From positions 309-64,308 of the forward strand of contig WLOE01000001.1 in NCBI GenBank assembly GCA_009699465.1: DNA of 64,000 nt, in the 5' to 3' direction. Positions within the stretch are counted from its first letter, which is position 1. Every line of letters begins with the position of its first letter. Made by a program: the position numbers and the translations under genes. A model generated the notes under the pieces. That model was not told the origin of the DNA and did no database searches. It worked only from the letters and a program-made list of their open reading frames with translations. Below are positions 1-9,068 of the stretch, piece after piece. The stretch is from Actinomycetota bacterium (GTDB taxonomy: Bacteria; Actinomycetota; Actinomycetes; S36-B12).

Positions 1-588
1 GTCCTTAATGACCTTCTCGTAACCTTCCTTGAACAAGGTTGCGTTGTTGTCAGTTGGTGAACCATTAAGAAGTGCAACAGGTCCGCTGGTATTTCCATTG
101 TTGGTCATACAGGTAACCAGGCCTTCACCAATCTTGGTGCCCACTGCAACGTTGTCGAATGACACGTAGTAGCTGGCTCCGCCACCGAGGGTTAGTCGGT
201 CGTAGTCAACGACTGGGACGCCTTGGTCGGAAGCCTTCTTGATCACGGCCGCAGCTGATGGGCTGTCGAGGTTCACGATCAGGAGTGAAGTAACACCACT
301 TGCCAACATCTGGTCAGCGATAGTGGCGAACTTTGCCTTGTCACCGTTTGCGTTCTGAATGTCGAATTGAACTCCAGCGCTGTTGAAAGCCTCTTCGAGG
401 AACTTTCGGTCAGCTGTCTCCCAACGTGCCGATGAGGCAGCATCCGGAAGAATGACACCCACCTTTGCGTTGGCATTGCTTGCAGGTGCAGATGCATCAC
501 TGCTTCCTGAGTCACTGCTACTACAAGCAGTCATGAGCAATGAGGCGGCAGCGATGCCGACTATTGCTCCGAATAACTTCTTGGACAT
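1..588 (-). CDS. xylF: Sugar (xylose-type) ABC transporter substrate-binding lipoprotein; 5' part only, gene continues past window start
   Basis: Own translation of the minus strand from ATG at 588: MSKKLFGAIVGIAAASLLMTACSSSDSG (lipobox LMTAC), then KVGVILPDAASSARWETADRKF...QGVPVVDYDRL. This is the type I periplasmic-binding-protein pattern of XylF/RbsB. Absent from the ORF track because it runs off the edge. Lies downstream of xylB-xylA. Confidence 0.75.
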   Translation of the reverse strand, partial: MSKKLFGAIVGIAAASLLMTACSSSDSGSSDASAPASNANAKVGVILPDAASSARWETADRKFLEEAFNSAGVQFDIQNANGDKAKFATIADQMLASGVTSLLIVNLDSPSAAAVIKKASDQGVPVVDYDRLTLGGGASYYVSFDNVAVGTKIGEGLVTCMTNNGNTSGPVALLNGSPTDNNATLFKEGYEKVIKD

Positions 589-672
589 ATGAGCTGTCCT
601 TTCCTCGCAAGATTCCTTGCGTCTATGTTGGTTAGGGACTTCATTCCATGCGTTTGCCCCGACGGAACTCGA

Positions 673-1833
673 CTAGACGCCGAGAATCCGATCGATGACT
701 AACTGATCAAGCGCTTCGTTTCCATAGCTTCGCTGCGCGAGTTGCTCTGGATCGAATTGCTCAGCCAGCAACCGGTCGGATGCCTCGCGTGAATACGAGC
801 CAACCGTCGGTACCGCGAGTTCGGTTACACCGGCAAACGCCTGTGCTTCCTTAACGCGGGGATCGTTGTCGAACTCGCGAGCTTTCTCAGCGAGAACGAG
901 ATAGGTGCGCATGCACCCCCGTGCGAATTCCCAAATACCTGCACCAAGTTCATTGCGATATGGGCGGCAATCAAAATGCTTGGGACCCGAGTAACCAGTT
1001 GATTCCAAAAGGCGCACTAAAAAGAAGTCATCTTTTATGCCTTCTGAACCAAACCTAAAATCTTGGTCATAACGACCAATTTTTTGATCATTGAGATCGA
1101 TGTGGAAGAGCTTGTCCTGCCAAATGGCTTGAGCAACGCCCTGATAGAAGCTCAGCCCCGCCATGGTTTCGTGCGCGACTTCAGGATTGAGTCCAACCAT
1201 CTCCGAGTGCTCGAGTTGATTAATGAATGACATCGCGTGACCAATAGTTGGCAAGAATGTGTCGCCTCGCGGTTCATTCGGCTTTGGTTCAATGGCAAAT
1301 CGAATGTTGTAACCCTTGTCTTTCACGTAACCACAAAGGAAATCAAGGGCTTCTTTGTATCGTGAAAGGGCATCAGCGGGTTCTTTACTCGCTGCGCTTT
1401 CTACACCTTCACGTCCTCCCCAAAACACATAAGTCGGTGCACCGAGTTCAGCAGCTACGTCGAGGTTACGTAGCGTTTTTTGAATAGCTAGCCGTCGAAC
1501 ATTGCGATCGTTCGACGTAAATGCACCGTCTTTAAACATCGGATGCCAGAAGAGGTTTGTGGTTGCCATTGAGCACACGATCCCGGTTTCTTCGAGACCT
1601 TTCTTGAAGCGATCAAGTTCCTCGCGACGTTGCTTTTCAGGTGCACCAAAAGTCATGAGATCGTCGTCGTGAAACGAAACGCCCCATGCGCCTATTTCTG
1701 CGAGTCCGCGAATGAAATCCAGGGAGTCAATTGGCGGTCGGGTTGCTTCGCCAAATGGATCACGTCCGGAATGACCGATTGTCCAGAGCCCAAAAGCGAA
1801 CTTATGTTCTGGCTTGGGTTCCAAATCGCTCAT
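673..1833 (-). CDS. xylA: Xylose isomerase
   Basis: FAFGLWTIGHSGRDPFGEATRP, FHDDDL and FAIEPKPNEPRGD motifs of actinobacterial XylA. I place the start at the internal Met (MSDLEPKPEHKFAFGLW) at 1833, not the track start 1893. That N-terminus matches known XylA proteins, and a 23-bp palindrome occupies 1861-1883. Confidence 0.93.
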   Translation of the reverse strand: MSDLEPKPEHKFAFGLWTIGHSGRDPFGEATRPPIDSLDFIRGLAEIGAWGVSFHDDDLMTFGAPEKQRREELDRFKKGLEETGIVCSMATTNLFWHPMFKDGAFTSNDRNVRRLAIQKTLRNLDVAAELGAPTYVFWGGREGVESAASKEPADALSRYKEALDFLCGYVKDKGYNIRFAIEPKPNEPRGDTFLPTIGHAMSFINQLEHSEMVGLNPEVAHETMAGLSFYQGVAQAIWQDKLFHIDLNDQKIGRYDQDFRFGSEGIKDDFFLVRLLESTGYSGPKHFDCRPYRNELGAGIWEFARGCMRTYLVLAEKAREFDNDPRVKEAQAFAGVTELAVPTVGSYSREASDRLLAEQFDPEQLAQRSYGNEALDQLVIDRILGV

Positions 1834-1860
1834 CGCTCTCATTCCCAGTGCTCGGAATAG

Positions 1861-1883
1861 ATATGTTGTGCGGCACAACATAT
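1861..1883. promoter_or_regulatory. Perfect 11+1+11 bp palindrome ATATGTTGTGC-G-GCACAACATAT, candidate xyl operator
   Basis: Checked base by base (1861 pairs with 1883, and so on to 1871 with 1873). Lies 28 nt upstream of the xylA ATG at 1833. The half-site GCACAACA recurs at 1900-1907. Confidence 0.5.
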
Positions 1884-1971
1884 GGCCCGGCAATCATCCG
1901 CACAACAGTTTTGCGAAATTTTTCAAAAAAAACTTGCACGGTTTCCTAGTAATACAAAGGTGAAATCGCTT

Positions 1972-3369
1972 TCATCGGGACAAGTCGTACAAAGCGCCTC
2001 GATAGTTCTGGTAGCGATCCAGTAAGGCCGCGTTGAACTGTGTGGAAACTGGTGCAGCAAGCGTTTGGCCAGATGTATGCCATGTCGGTGGTGCAGCCTC
2101 CTGCGACACACACCACGCTGCTTGTTTCGCAGCACCAAGTGCCACGTACTCATCAGGAGTTGGGATGAAGACAGGCTGAGCAAAGATCGTTGCGGCAACC
2201 TGAGCGACGGCACGATTCGCTGCAGCACCGCCGATGATCAGGATTCGCTGGGCTACCACGCCTTGCTGCTCCAATGCTTCAACAGCCTCTGCCATTCCCA
2301 AGAGCATGCCTTCCACGGCAGCTCGCGCGATATTTGCATCGACGAAATTTGTGCGGGTTATTCCGTGCAGTGAGCCACTTGAATCCGGGAGGTTTGGCGT
2401 GCGCTCACCATCGAAATATGGAATTAGTACTAGGCCTTCCGCACCCGACTTGGCACTCAATGCCAGCTCCCCCAGACGTTCAAGTGAGACTCTCAACATC
2501 GCAGCAGTCGAGTCGAGAATGCGAGCAGCATTCAGTGTGCACACGAGTGGTAGAAAATTTCCAGTTGCATCAGCAAAGCCAGCGACTATTCCTGTTGGGT
2601 CTGCACTTGGAATGCGAGATCCTGCAAATGCTGTTCCCGAGGTGCCAAGTGAAACCACGACGTCACCAGGTTGAACATTGAGGCCAAGCGCAGCCGCCAT
2701 GTTGTCGCCGGTTCCCGCACCGAGCATCACGCCGTTCGAAGTTTCATATGCAGCCACGCTCGGACCTAAAACCTTCGGTAACTGTGGAACATGTCCCAAA
2801 GCTCGCTGAACTAATTCGGATTGATAGCTACCTAAAGCTGGAGACCAATATCCAGTACCCGACGCATCTCCTCTATCCGTATAGAACTCATCAGGTTGAC
2901 CTGCAAGACACCACGTGAGGTAATCATGCGGCAGCATTAATTTGGCAACTCTCGCAGCATTGTGCGGTTCATTCCGAGCCAACCAACGAATCTTGGAAAC
3001 AGTGAACGATGCAACTGGAACGCTTCCTACAGCATTCGCCCAGAATTCTGGGCCACCTTCTTCATCGACAAGATCCAAGGCATCCTGCGCAGACCTCGTG
3101 TCATTCCAGAGAAGCGCTGGACGAATGACCTGGTCATGCTCATCCAACACGACCATTCCGTGTTGTTGACCGGCAATAGAGATGGCAGTTACGCCGTCCA
3201 AAATCCCACTCATTGCAGCTGAGAGAGCCGAGACCCAAATCTCTGGATTTACCTCAGTTGTGTCGGGGTGGGGCGACCGACCCTGACGTACAAGTTCGCC
3301 GGTGTGCGCATCTCGTACGACAACCTTGACGGACTGAGTCGATGAATCCACTCCCGCAACAAGGACCAT
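1972..3369 (-). CDS. xylB: Xylulokinase (FGGY family)
   Basis: 465 aa. N-terminal VAGVDSSTQSVKVVVRD and GAGTGDNMAAALGL FGGY-kinase motifs. Adjacent to xylA. Confidence 0.9.
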   Translation of the reverse strand: MVLVAGVDSSTQSVKVVVRDAHTGELVRQGRSPHPDTTEVNPEIWVSALSAAMSGILDGVTAISIAGQQHGMVVLDEHDQVIRPALLWNDTRSAQDALDLVDEEGGPEFWANAVGSVPVASFTVSKIRWLARNEPHNAARVAKLMLPHDYLTWCLAGQPDEFYTDRGDASGTGYWSPALGSYQSELVQRALGHVPQLPKVLGPSVAAYETSNGVMLGAGTGDNMAAALGLNVQPGDVVVSLGTSGTAFAGSRIPSADPTGIVAGFADATGNFLPLVCTLNAARILDSTAAMLRVSLERLGELALSAKSGAEGLVLIPYFDGERTPNLPDSSGSLHGITRTNFVDANIARAAVEGMLLGMAEAVEALEQQGVVAQRILIIGGAAANRAVAQVAATIFAQPVFIPTPDEYVALGAAKQAAWCVSQEAAPPTWHTSGQTLAAPVSTQFNAALLDRYQNYRGALYDLSR

Positions 3370-3395
3370 GTCCGAAGGCTAAGACCCAACGGCTC

Positions 3396-4397
3396 TTAGT
3401 TCCACCATTGTGCCAAATGCACACCAAGTTCGTGCCCTGACTTCCATGCGGCTTCCACCTTCGGTCCACCAGCCCATGAATCCCCTGCGAGACCGATGCG
3501 ATTGCCCTCATCGAAGGAATACAGCTCCGGACGCGCAGATGTTGGCTTGGCGAACGTCCATCGCATTGCCGATGACCACTGCGGATGTTCGGTCAAACCA
3601 AGAATTGGCAACAACGCATCGAGTGCTTGTGGAATGACACCTGCTGGATCAGTGAGGTACTGCGCTGCAAGTTCTGGATGAACGTGAGCGACTACTACCG
3701 GATCTTCATTGCCACGACGGTGACCATCATTGGCAATCCAAGTGAGCACCGGATGCTCATTCACAAAGATGCCATCGAATTTGGGCAAAGTATCTGGCTC
3801 AAACACTGCTGTAACAGCAATTACTGCTTCCCAATCGATTTGATTGAGAATTTCGTGCGTCGATGCGAGCGCAGCATCGATGAATTGCTTTGCCTGAGGA
3901 TCTGGAACACAGACTGCAACAGCACTGAATGGCTCACCATCAACAACAACGTGATCCTCTTGAACAGAAACCGCTGCAACCTGTGTTGACGGTTGAATCA
4001 GCTCAGTAGGAAGTATTTCCGCTTGATGTTCAATGATTGAACGCAAACCATTGGTTGCCGAATAGCGCATCGGGCCAGTTCGAATACCGCTGATGCCTGC
4101 AGGAGTTGCGACATGGAAGGCGTCGGTCCATTCTCGAGCGACACCAGTGTCAATCCATAAATTCACAACCGTTGCAAAATCTGGATCTTGCACGGTGAAG
4201 TAGGAAGCACCAATATCCGTGATGTGCCCATCGAATGCCGTACCAGATTCGCGAATGCGTCGACTTGCCATTCGCCCGCCAACTACGCGACCGCGATCAA
4301 TGACGCGAAACGGGACGTTGTGCTGATGAAGCATCCGAGCGCAGGCAATGCCGCTCATCCCTGCACCAATAACGGCAATCGGTAATTGATTAGTCAC
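3396..4397 (-). CDS. NAD(P)/FAD-dependent oxidoreductase (renalase/amine-oxidase-like, COG3380 type)
   Basis: N-terminal Rossmann motif IAVIGAGMSGIACARML, then a GGR element (VVGGRM). 333 aa. Confidence 0.65.
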   Translation of the reverse strand: MTNQLPIAVIGAGMSGIACARMLHQHNVPFRVIDRGRVVGGRMASRRIRESGTAFDGHITDIGASYFTVQDPDFATVVNLWIDTGVAREWTDAFHVATPAGISGIRTGPMRYSATNGLRSIIEHQAEILPTELIQPSTQVAAVSVQEDHVVVDGEPFSAVAVCVPDPQAKQFIDAALASTHEILNQIDWEAVIAVTAVFEPDTLPKFDGIFVNEHPVLTWIANDGHRRGNEDPVVVAHVHPELAAQYLTDPAGVIPQALDALLPILGLTEHPQWSSAMRWTFAKPTSARPELYSFDEGNRIGLAGDSWAGGPKVEAAWKSGHELGVHLAQWWN

Positions 4398-4797
4398 GAG
4401 GGATGCTCGGGTCGCAATCCGTCAAGAACGCGTCAATACGAACTGACTCTTCGGTTTCATTAATCGCCGCAGCCGCGCGCCCAAGAGCCCTCAAGCAGCG
4501 CAAAAAACCTTGGTTGCCTTCATGGCTCCATGGCACTGGGCCGTGTCCCTTCCAGCCATTACGGCGCAAAGCATCAAGACCTCGGTGGTAGCCCACACGA
4601 GCAAAGGCGTAAGACTCAATCACACGACCGTCCGCCCAAGCGTCATCGCTCATTGCTGCCCACGCCAGTGAGCTTGATGGGTGCCGCGCTGCGACCACTT
4701 CATGTGAATCATCTGCAGCAAACGCAGAGATCACGTCGGTTTCAACAGGAAGCAAGGTTGGTGGTGGTCCGCCCAGAAGGTCTTTACTGATATCCAT
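4390..4797 (-). CDS. DUF3151 family protein (actinobacterial, fba-linked)
   Basis: Sequence ...SYAFARVGYHRGLDALRRNGWKGHGPVPWSHEGNQGF... is typical of DUF3151, which usually neighbours fba in Actinobacteria. Start moved to Met71 of the track ORF (ATG at 4797). The longer ORF would overlap fba and run through its terminator hairpin. Confidence 0.7.
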   Translation of the reverse strand: MDISKDLLGGPPPTLLPVETDVISAFAADDSHEVVAARHPSSSLAWAAMSDDAWADGRVIESYAFARVGYHRGLDALRRNGWKGHGPVPWSHEGNQGFLRCLRALGRAAAAINETEESVRIDAFLTDCDPSIPRD

Positions 4798-4824
4798 AAG
4801 GCAAGAGTGCCAGTGCGACCCCGT

Positions 4825-4858
4825 AAATGAAAATGCCGGGCGATTACTGCCCGGCATT
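4825..4858 (-). terminator. Rho-independent terminator downstream of fba
   Basis: 10-bp perfect stem 4832-4841/4849-4858 (AATGCCGGGC/GCCCGGCATT) with a 7-nt loop. Followed on the minus strand by TTCATTT. Confidence 0.7.
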
Positions 4859-4876
4859 CTCGTATAACACTGAGAC

Positions 4877-5899
4877 TTACTTGATTGACGTTCCAGTTGA
4901 ACGAAGGTCTTCGCAACCCTGAGCAACGCGAGCAGCCATGCCCGCTTCGGCCAACTTGCCGTATGCGCGTGGGTCGTACTGCTTCTTGTTTCCGACTTCA
5001 CCGTCAATCTTCAACACACCGTCGTAGTTCTTAAAGATGTGGTCAGCAATTGGGCGAGTGAATGCATATTGGGTGTCAGTGTCGATGTTCATCTTCACGA
5101 CGCCGTAGTCGAGGGCTTCGCGAATTTCGCTCAACAGCGACCCTGAACCGCCATGGAAAACCAGATCAAATGGTTTGTCGACGCCGTACTTTGCTCCTAC
5201 TGCCTTCTGAATGTCATGAAGAATATGTGGGGTCAGCACTACGTTGCCTGGCTTGTAGACACCGTGCACGTTGCCGAAAGTCGCGGCGACCATATAGCGA
5301 CCGCGCTCACCAAGCCCCAGAGCGGCAGCTGTTGCAAGACCATCTTCTTCTGATGAGAAGAGCTTTGCATCGTGACTGGCTTCAATGCCATCTTCCTCGC
5401 CGCCCACAACTCCGATTTCAATTTCAAGAATGATGTTTGCCGCATGGCAGGCATCGAGCAACCGCTGCGAAATCTCCATGTTCTGCGCAAGTGGCACAGC
5501 TGAGCCATCCCACATATGTGACTGGAACAGTGGCTCGAGTCCCTTGTTCACGCGCTCCTGCGAAATCGCAATGAGTGGCTCCATGAAGCTGCCGAGCTTG
5601 TCGATTGGGCAGTGGTCGGTGTGCAACGCGAAATTCACGTTGTAGCTCTTTGCAATTGAGTGTGCGAACTCAGCAAGTGCTGCAGCTCCTGCGACCATGT
5701 CTTTGACGCCTTGGCCTGATGCGAATTCTGCGCCACCCCATGAAACCTGGATGATGCCGTCGCTCTCTGCTTCAGCAAAGCCGCGCATTGCCGCGACAAT
5801 GGTCTGCGAGGAGGTGCAGTTGATTGCGGGGTAAGCAAACTTGCCAGCCTTAGCTCGATCGAGCATCTGGGCGTAAACCTCTGGGGATGCGATGGGCAT
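4877..5899 (-). CDS. fba: Class II fructose-1,6-bisphosphate aldolase
   Basis: 340 aa. ALHTDHCP and VFHGGSGS metal/substrate motifs. N-terminus MPIASPEVYAQMLDRAK is typical of the class IIa enzyme. Confidence 0.93.
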   Translation of the reverse strand: MPIASPEVYAQMLDRAKAGKFAYPAINCTSSQTIVAAMRGFAEAESDGIIQVSWGGAEFASGQGVKDMVAGAAALAEFAHSIAKSYNVNFALHTDHCPIDKLGSFMEPLIAISQERVNKGLEPLFQSHMWDGSAVPLAQNMEISQRLLDACHAANIILEIEIGVVGGEEDGIEASHDAKLFSSEEDGLATAAALGLGERGRYMVAATFGNVHGVYKPGNVVLTPHILHDIQKAVGAKYGVDKPFDLVFHGGSGSLLSEIREALDYGVVKMNIDTDTQYAFTRPIADHIFKNYDGVLKIDGEVGNKKQYDPRAYGKLAEAGMAARVAQGCEDLRSTGTSIK

Positions 5900-5989
5900 A
5901 ACTCACTCCTAGATCAGTAGTAGTGCACACATTCTTCCATTCCCTGTAAGCGTTTTCAATAGCGGGCTCGCAGGTGTCCTATATGAGGC

Positions 5990-7207
5990 TTATGCCGCGA
6001 GTTTGCGCACAGATGGAGCCGCAAGCGACGCGGCTATTGCAAGGAATGCCGTAATCGCCGCAATAAGAAAGGCACCTTGTAATCCGATGGCAGCAGCAAG
6101 TGGGCCTGCCAATGCCAAGCCAAGTGGCCCAAGCATTAATGAGCCCATCGCGTCATAAGCACTCACCCGTGAGAGCGACTCACGTGGAATGTGCGTCTGT
6201 AATGCGGTGAACCACAAGACGCCGAGTGATTCATAGGCAATGCCAAGTGCCAATGCAGCCAGTGCGATTAGCCATAACGGCAGAGCTAATGACAGGAACA
6301 CGAGTAGCACTGGGAGTGCGAATGTTAAAGACATCGCAAAGACCATTGGACGTTTCACTTGAAGTTTCGATACCAAGAACGCACCGAGAAGCAGTCCGAG
6401 CGACTCACAGGCCAACACGGCTGACCAGCCAGCCGCACCTCCGTAGTGTTCAACTGCAAGCACTGGACCAAGCACCTCAAGTGAACCTCGCCCAGCAAGC
6501 AAGACAACTGAGAATGCCGCGACAATCACGACTACCCAGCGATAAGAGATAAATACTCGCCAACCTTCAGCAAGATCACCCAACATTGATTCACCTGAAT
6601 CATGCGGTTTCGCAATATGTCTGATTGTGAAAATCAACCACGCGGAAATGAGAAAACTCGAAGCATCAATCGCTATTGCTAAACCAGGCCCGAATAGCGC
6701 AACGAGAATGCCACCTAGTGCACTGCCCAAAATGAGCCCACCATTAGACGCGATACTCAAATATGCATTGGCTGGCTGAAGGAATTCATCCTCAACCGCA
6801 TCGGGCACCATGCCTGCATATGCAGGCCACCACAATCCATTGAGGCATCCTGCAATGGCACCAAGAATTGCTAACGAGAGCACCGTCGCACTGTCGGTAA
6901 AGAACAACACCGCAATAGTCATCACCACTACGCCAAGCACGGTGTCACTCAATGCAATCACTTTTGCTCGGCCTAAACGATCCGCGATCACACCGCCAAA
7001 AGGCAACACCAAAATAAGCGGGATTGCTTGAGCCGCAAGCACGATGCTCAGTGACGTTGCATCTGTTCCTGGAATTGCAAGAACACCAAACGCCAAAGCA
7101 ATTGGCGCAATACCGTTACCAAGATTGCTGATGAAGCGCGAAATGAAGATACGGCGGTACGTCTGAATTCGAAGCACTGAATTCGCGGGTATTAATCGGG
7201 CAAGCAT
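5990..7207 (-). CDS. MFS transporter (DHA3/EntS-like)
   Basis: 405 aa, about 12 hydrophobic segments. N-terminal YRRIFISRFISNLGNGIAPIALAFGVL is typical of the MFS_3 group. Confidence 0.75.
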   Translation of the reverse strand: MLARLIPANSVLRIQTYRRIFISRFISNLGNGIAPIALAFGVLAIPGTDATSLSIVLAAQAIPLILVLPFGGVIADRLGRAKVIALSDTVLGVVVMTIAVLFFTDSATVLSLAILGAIAGCLNGLWWPAYAGMVPDAVEDEFLQPANAYLSIASNGGLILGSALGGILVALFGPGLAIAIDASSFLISAWLIFTIRHIAKPHDSGESMLGDLAEGWRVFISYRWVVVIVAAFSVVLLAGRGSLEVLGPVLAVEHYGGAAGWSAVLACESLGLLLGAFLVSKLQVKRPMVFAMSLTFALPVLLVFLSLALPLWLIALAALALGIAYESLGVLWFTALQTHIPRESLSRVSAYDAMGSLMLGPLGLALAGPLAAAIGLQGAFLIAAITAFLAIAASLAAPSVRKLAA

Positions 7208-7210
7208 GCG

Positions 7211-7831
7211 CTACGCCAATGGCCAGTTATGTTGCCGGATCCATGCATGCATCGCAATCGCCGCAGCGGCGCCAACATTCATTGAACGGGTCGATCCATA
7301 TTGAGTGATCTCGAAAAGTCCATCGCATGCAGCGCGGGCATCATCTGATAACCCAGTGCCCTCCTGCCCAAAGAGCAAGACGCACTGCTTGGGAAGGTCT
7401 GCCGTTTCTAATGGCACCGATCCTTCAATGTTGTCCAAGCCAAGAATTGGTAAACCTTCAGACTTTGCCCACTGCTGAAAATCGTGTGGTGTTTCGTGAT
7501 GACGCACATGTTGATAACGATCAGTGACCATGGCTCCGCGACGATTCCAACGCTTTTTACCCACGATGTGAATTTCTTTGGCAAGAAATGCATTGGCAGT
7601 ACGAACGATCGAACCAATATTGAAATCATGTTCAAGATTTTCAATCGCCACATGAAATCCATGACGTCGCTTGTCTAGTTCGGCAACGATCGCATCCATA
7701 CGCCAATAGCGGAACTCATCAACAACATTGCGGCGGTCGCCTTGCTCCAGAAGTTCGGGATCAAAATGATCATCCGTTGGCCACGGAAAAGGATGTGGGC
7801 CAACTCCTATCGAGATGTCATGGGGATCCAC
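7211..7831 (-). CDS. TrmH/SpoU-family RNA 2'-O-methyltransferase
   Basis: LLFGQEGTGLSDDA and SMNVGAAAAIAMHAW SPOUT-knot motifs. 3 nt upstream of the MFS gene. Confidence 0.8.
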   Translation of the reverse strand: MDPHDISIGVGPHPFPWPTDDHFDPELLEQGDRRNVVDEFRYWRMDAIVAELDKRRHGFHVAIENLEHDFNIGSIVRTANAFLAKEIHIVGKKRWNRRGAMVTDRYQHVRHHETPHDFQQWAKSEGLPILGLDNIEGSVPLETADLPKQCVLLFGQEGTGLSDDARAACDGLFEITQYGSTRSMNVGAAAAIAMHAWIRQHNWPLA

Positions 7832-7854
7832 GCCTGCGACGATAGCCTGCGGGA

Positions 7855-8514
7855 GTGAACTTCGTGATGGCAGCCGCTACGTCCGTGCAAGCTCTTGGTC
7901 CAAGCTGGATGGATCCTCAACAGCTCATCAACAATCTTGGTGATGTTGCGTTCTGGGTGGTGCTTGGCATCATCTTCGCTGAATGCGGGATTCTCCTTGG
8001 GTTCTTCTTGCCTGGCGATTCGCTGCTGTTCATCACCGGGCTATGCATTGCCAGCGGGATCATTAGTGTGAATATCTGGGTTGCGGTGATCTTGTTGATC
8101 ATTGTGGCAATTGCCGGCAACCTCACGGGGTACTGGATTGGCTACAAAGCAGGCCCCGCACTCTTCAAGAAGCCAGACTCAAAACTTTTCCGCAAGGAAT
8201 ACGTCGAGAAGACACACGGATTCTTTGAAAAATACGGAGCTCGAGCAATTATTTTGGCCCGTTTCGTTCCTATCGTGCGCACTTTCATTACAGCAGTTGC
8301 TGGTATCGGTCGTATGAATTTCCGCGAGTACTTCGTCTACAGCTCTATCGGTGCGGTGTTGTGGGCTGGTCTGGTGACCATCGCTGGGTACTTCCTAGGC
8401 GACATCGACGTCGTGAAGAACAACATAGAAAAGGTGTTGATTCTGATCGTTTTGCTCAGTGTCATTCCGATTGTGATCGAATTTATTCGACACAAGCGGC
8501 AACACCGCGCTTAA
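7855..8514 (+). CDS. DedA family inner-membrane protein
   Basis: GFFLPGDSLLF and ARFVPIVRTF DedA/SNARE-associated motifs. Track start is GTG at 7855. ATG at 7867 (MAAATS), 11 nt after GGGAG, is an equally plausible start. Confidence 0.8.
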   Translation: MNFVMAAATSVQALGPSWMDPQQLINNLGDVAFWVVLGIIFAECGILLGFFLPGDSLLFITGLCIASGIISVNIWVAVILLIIVAIAGNLTGYWIGYKAGPALFKKPDSKLFRKEYVEKTHGFFEKYGARAIILARFVPIVRTFITAVAGIGRMNFREYFVYSSIGAVLWAGLVTIAGYFLGDIDVVKNNIEKVLILIVLLSVIPIVIEFIRHKRQHRA

Positions 8515-8529
8515 CAATTGTTGTTAAGC
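8509..8529. terminator. Short AT-rich hairpin spanning both stop codons of convergent dedA and pyrE
   Basis: GCTTAACAA (8509-8517) pairs with TTGTTAAGC (8521-8529), 3-nt loop. Contains TAA of dedA (8512-8514) and the complement of TAA of pyrE (8524-8526). No clear T-tract. Confidence 0.35.
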
Positions 8530-9066
8530 AAGACCAAGGTCTGCAAGTGAATACGCAGCACGGTATTCGTAGCCCGCATCAATAACCTTCGGGCCCGCAC
8601 CGCGATCAACAATCACCGCAACAGCAATCGTGTTGGCGCCAACTTCATCGAGAGCTTCCACGGCTGTCAGCACAGAACCACCAGTCGTCGATGTGTCTTC
8701 AACTGCGAGCACGTTCTTGCCAGTGACATCTGGACCTTCAATGCGACGCTGGAGGCCATGAGCCTTGCCTTCTTTACGCACCACGAATGCATCAAGGACC
8801 TTGCCTCTGCGAGCTGCATCATGAAGCATCGCCGTGGCAACTGGATCCGCGCCAAGGGTCAGCCCGCCCACAGCGTCATAGTTGAGATCAGCAGTGAGCT
8901 CATTCATCACGGCACCCACGAGCGGGGCGGCCTGGCCATCCAACGTGACTCGACGAAGGTCGACGTAATAGTCAGCCTCTTTGCCGCTCGAAAGAATGAC
9001 CTTGCCGTGCACGACGGCACGTTCGATGATCAACTGACGCAGTTTTTCCCAAGATTCTGAAGGCAC
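8524..9066 (-). CDS. pyrE: Orotate phosphoribosyltransferase
   Basis: 180 aa. PRPP-binding loop VLAVEDTSTTGGSV. N-terminal SSGKEADYYVDLR is typical of PyrE. Confidence 0.9.
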   Translation of the reverse strand: MPSESWEKLRQLIIERAVVHGKVILSSGKEADYYVDLRRVTLDGQAAPLVGAVMNELTADLNYDAVGGLTLGADPVATAMLHDAARRGKVLDAFVVRKEGKAHGLQRRIEGPDVTGKNVLAVEDTSTTGGSVLTAVEALDEVGANTIAVAVIVDRGAGPKVIDAGYEYRAAYSLADLGLA

Positions 9067-9068
9067 GG

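Noticed and set aside
1834-1893. N-terminal 20-codon extension of xylA in the ORF track.
   Set aside because: Known XylA N-termini align with the Met at 1833. The extension would be translated through a perfect 23-bp palindrome.
4798-5007. N-terminal 70-codon extension of the DUF3151 ORF.
   Set aside because: It overlaps the 3' end of fba by 131 nt and runs through the fba terminator hairpin (4832-4858). The DUF3151 homology begins after Met71.
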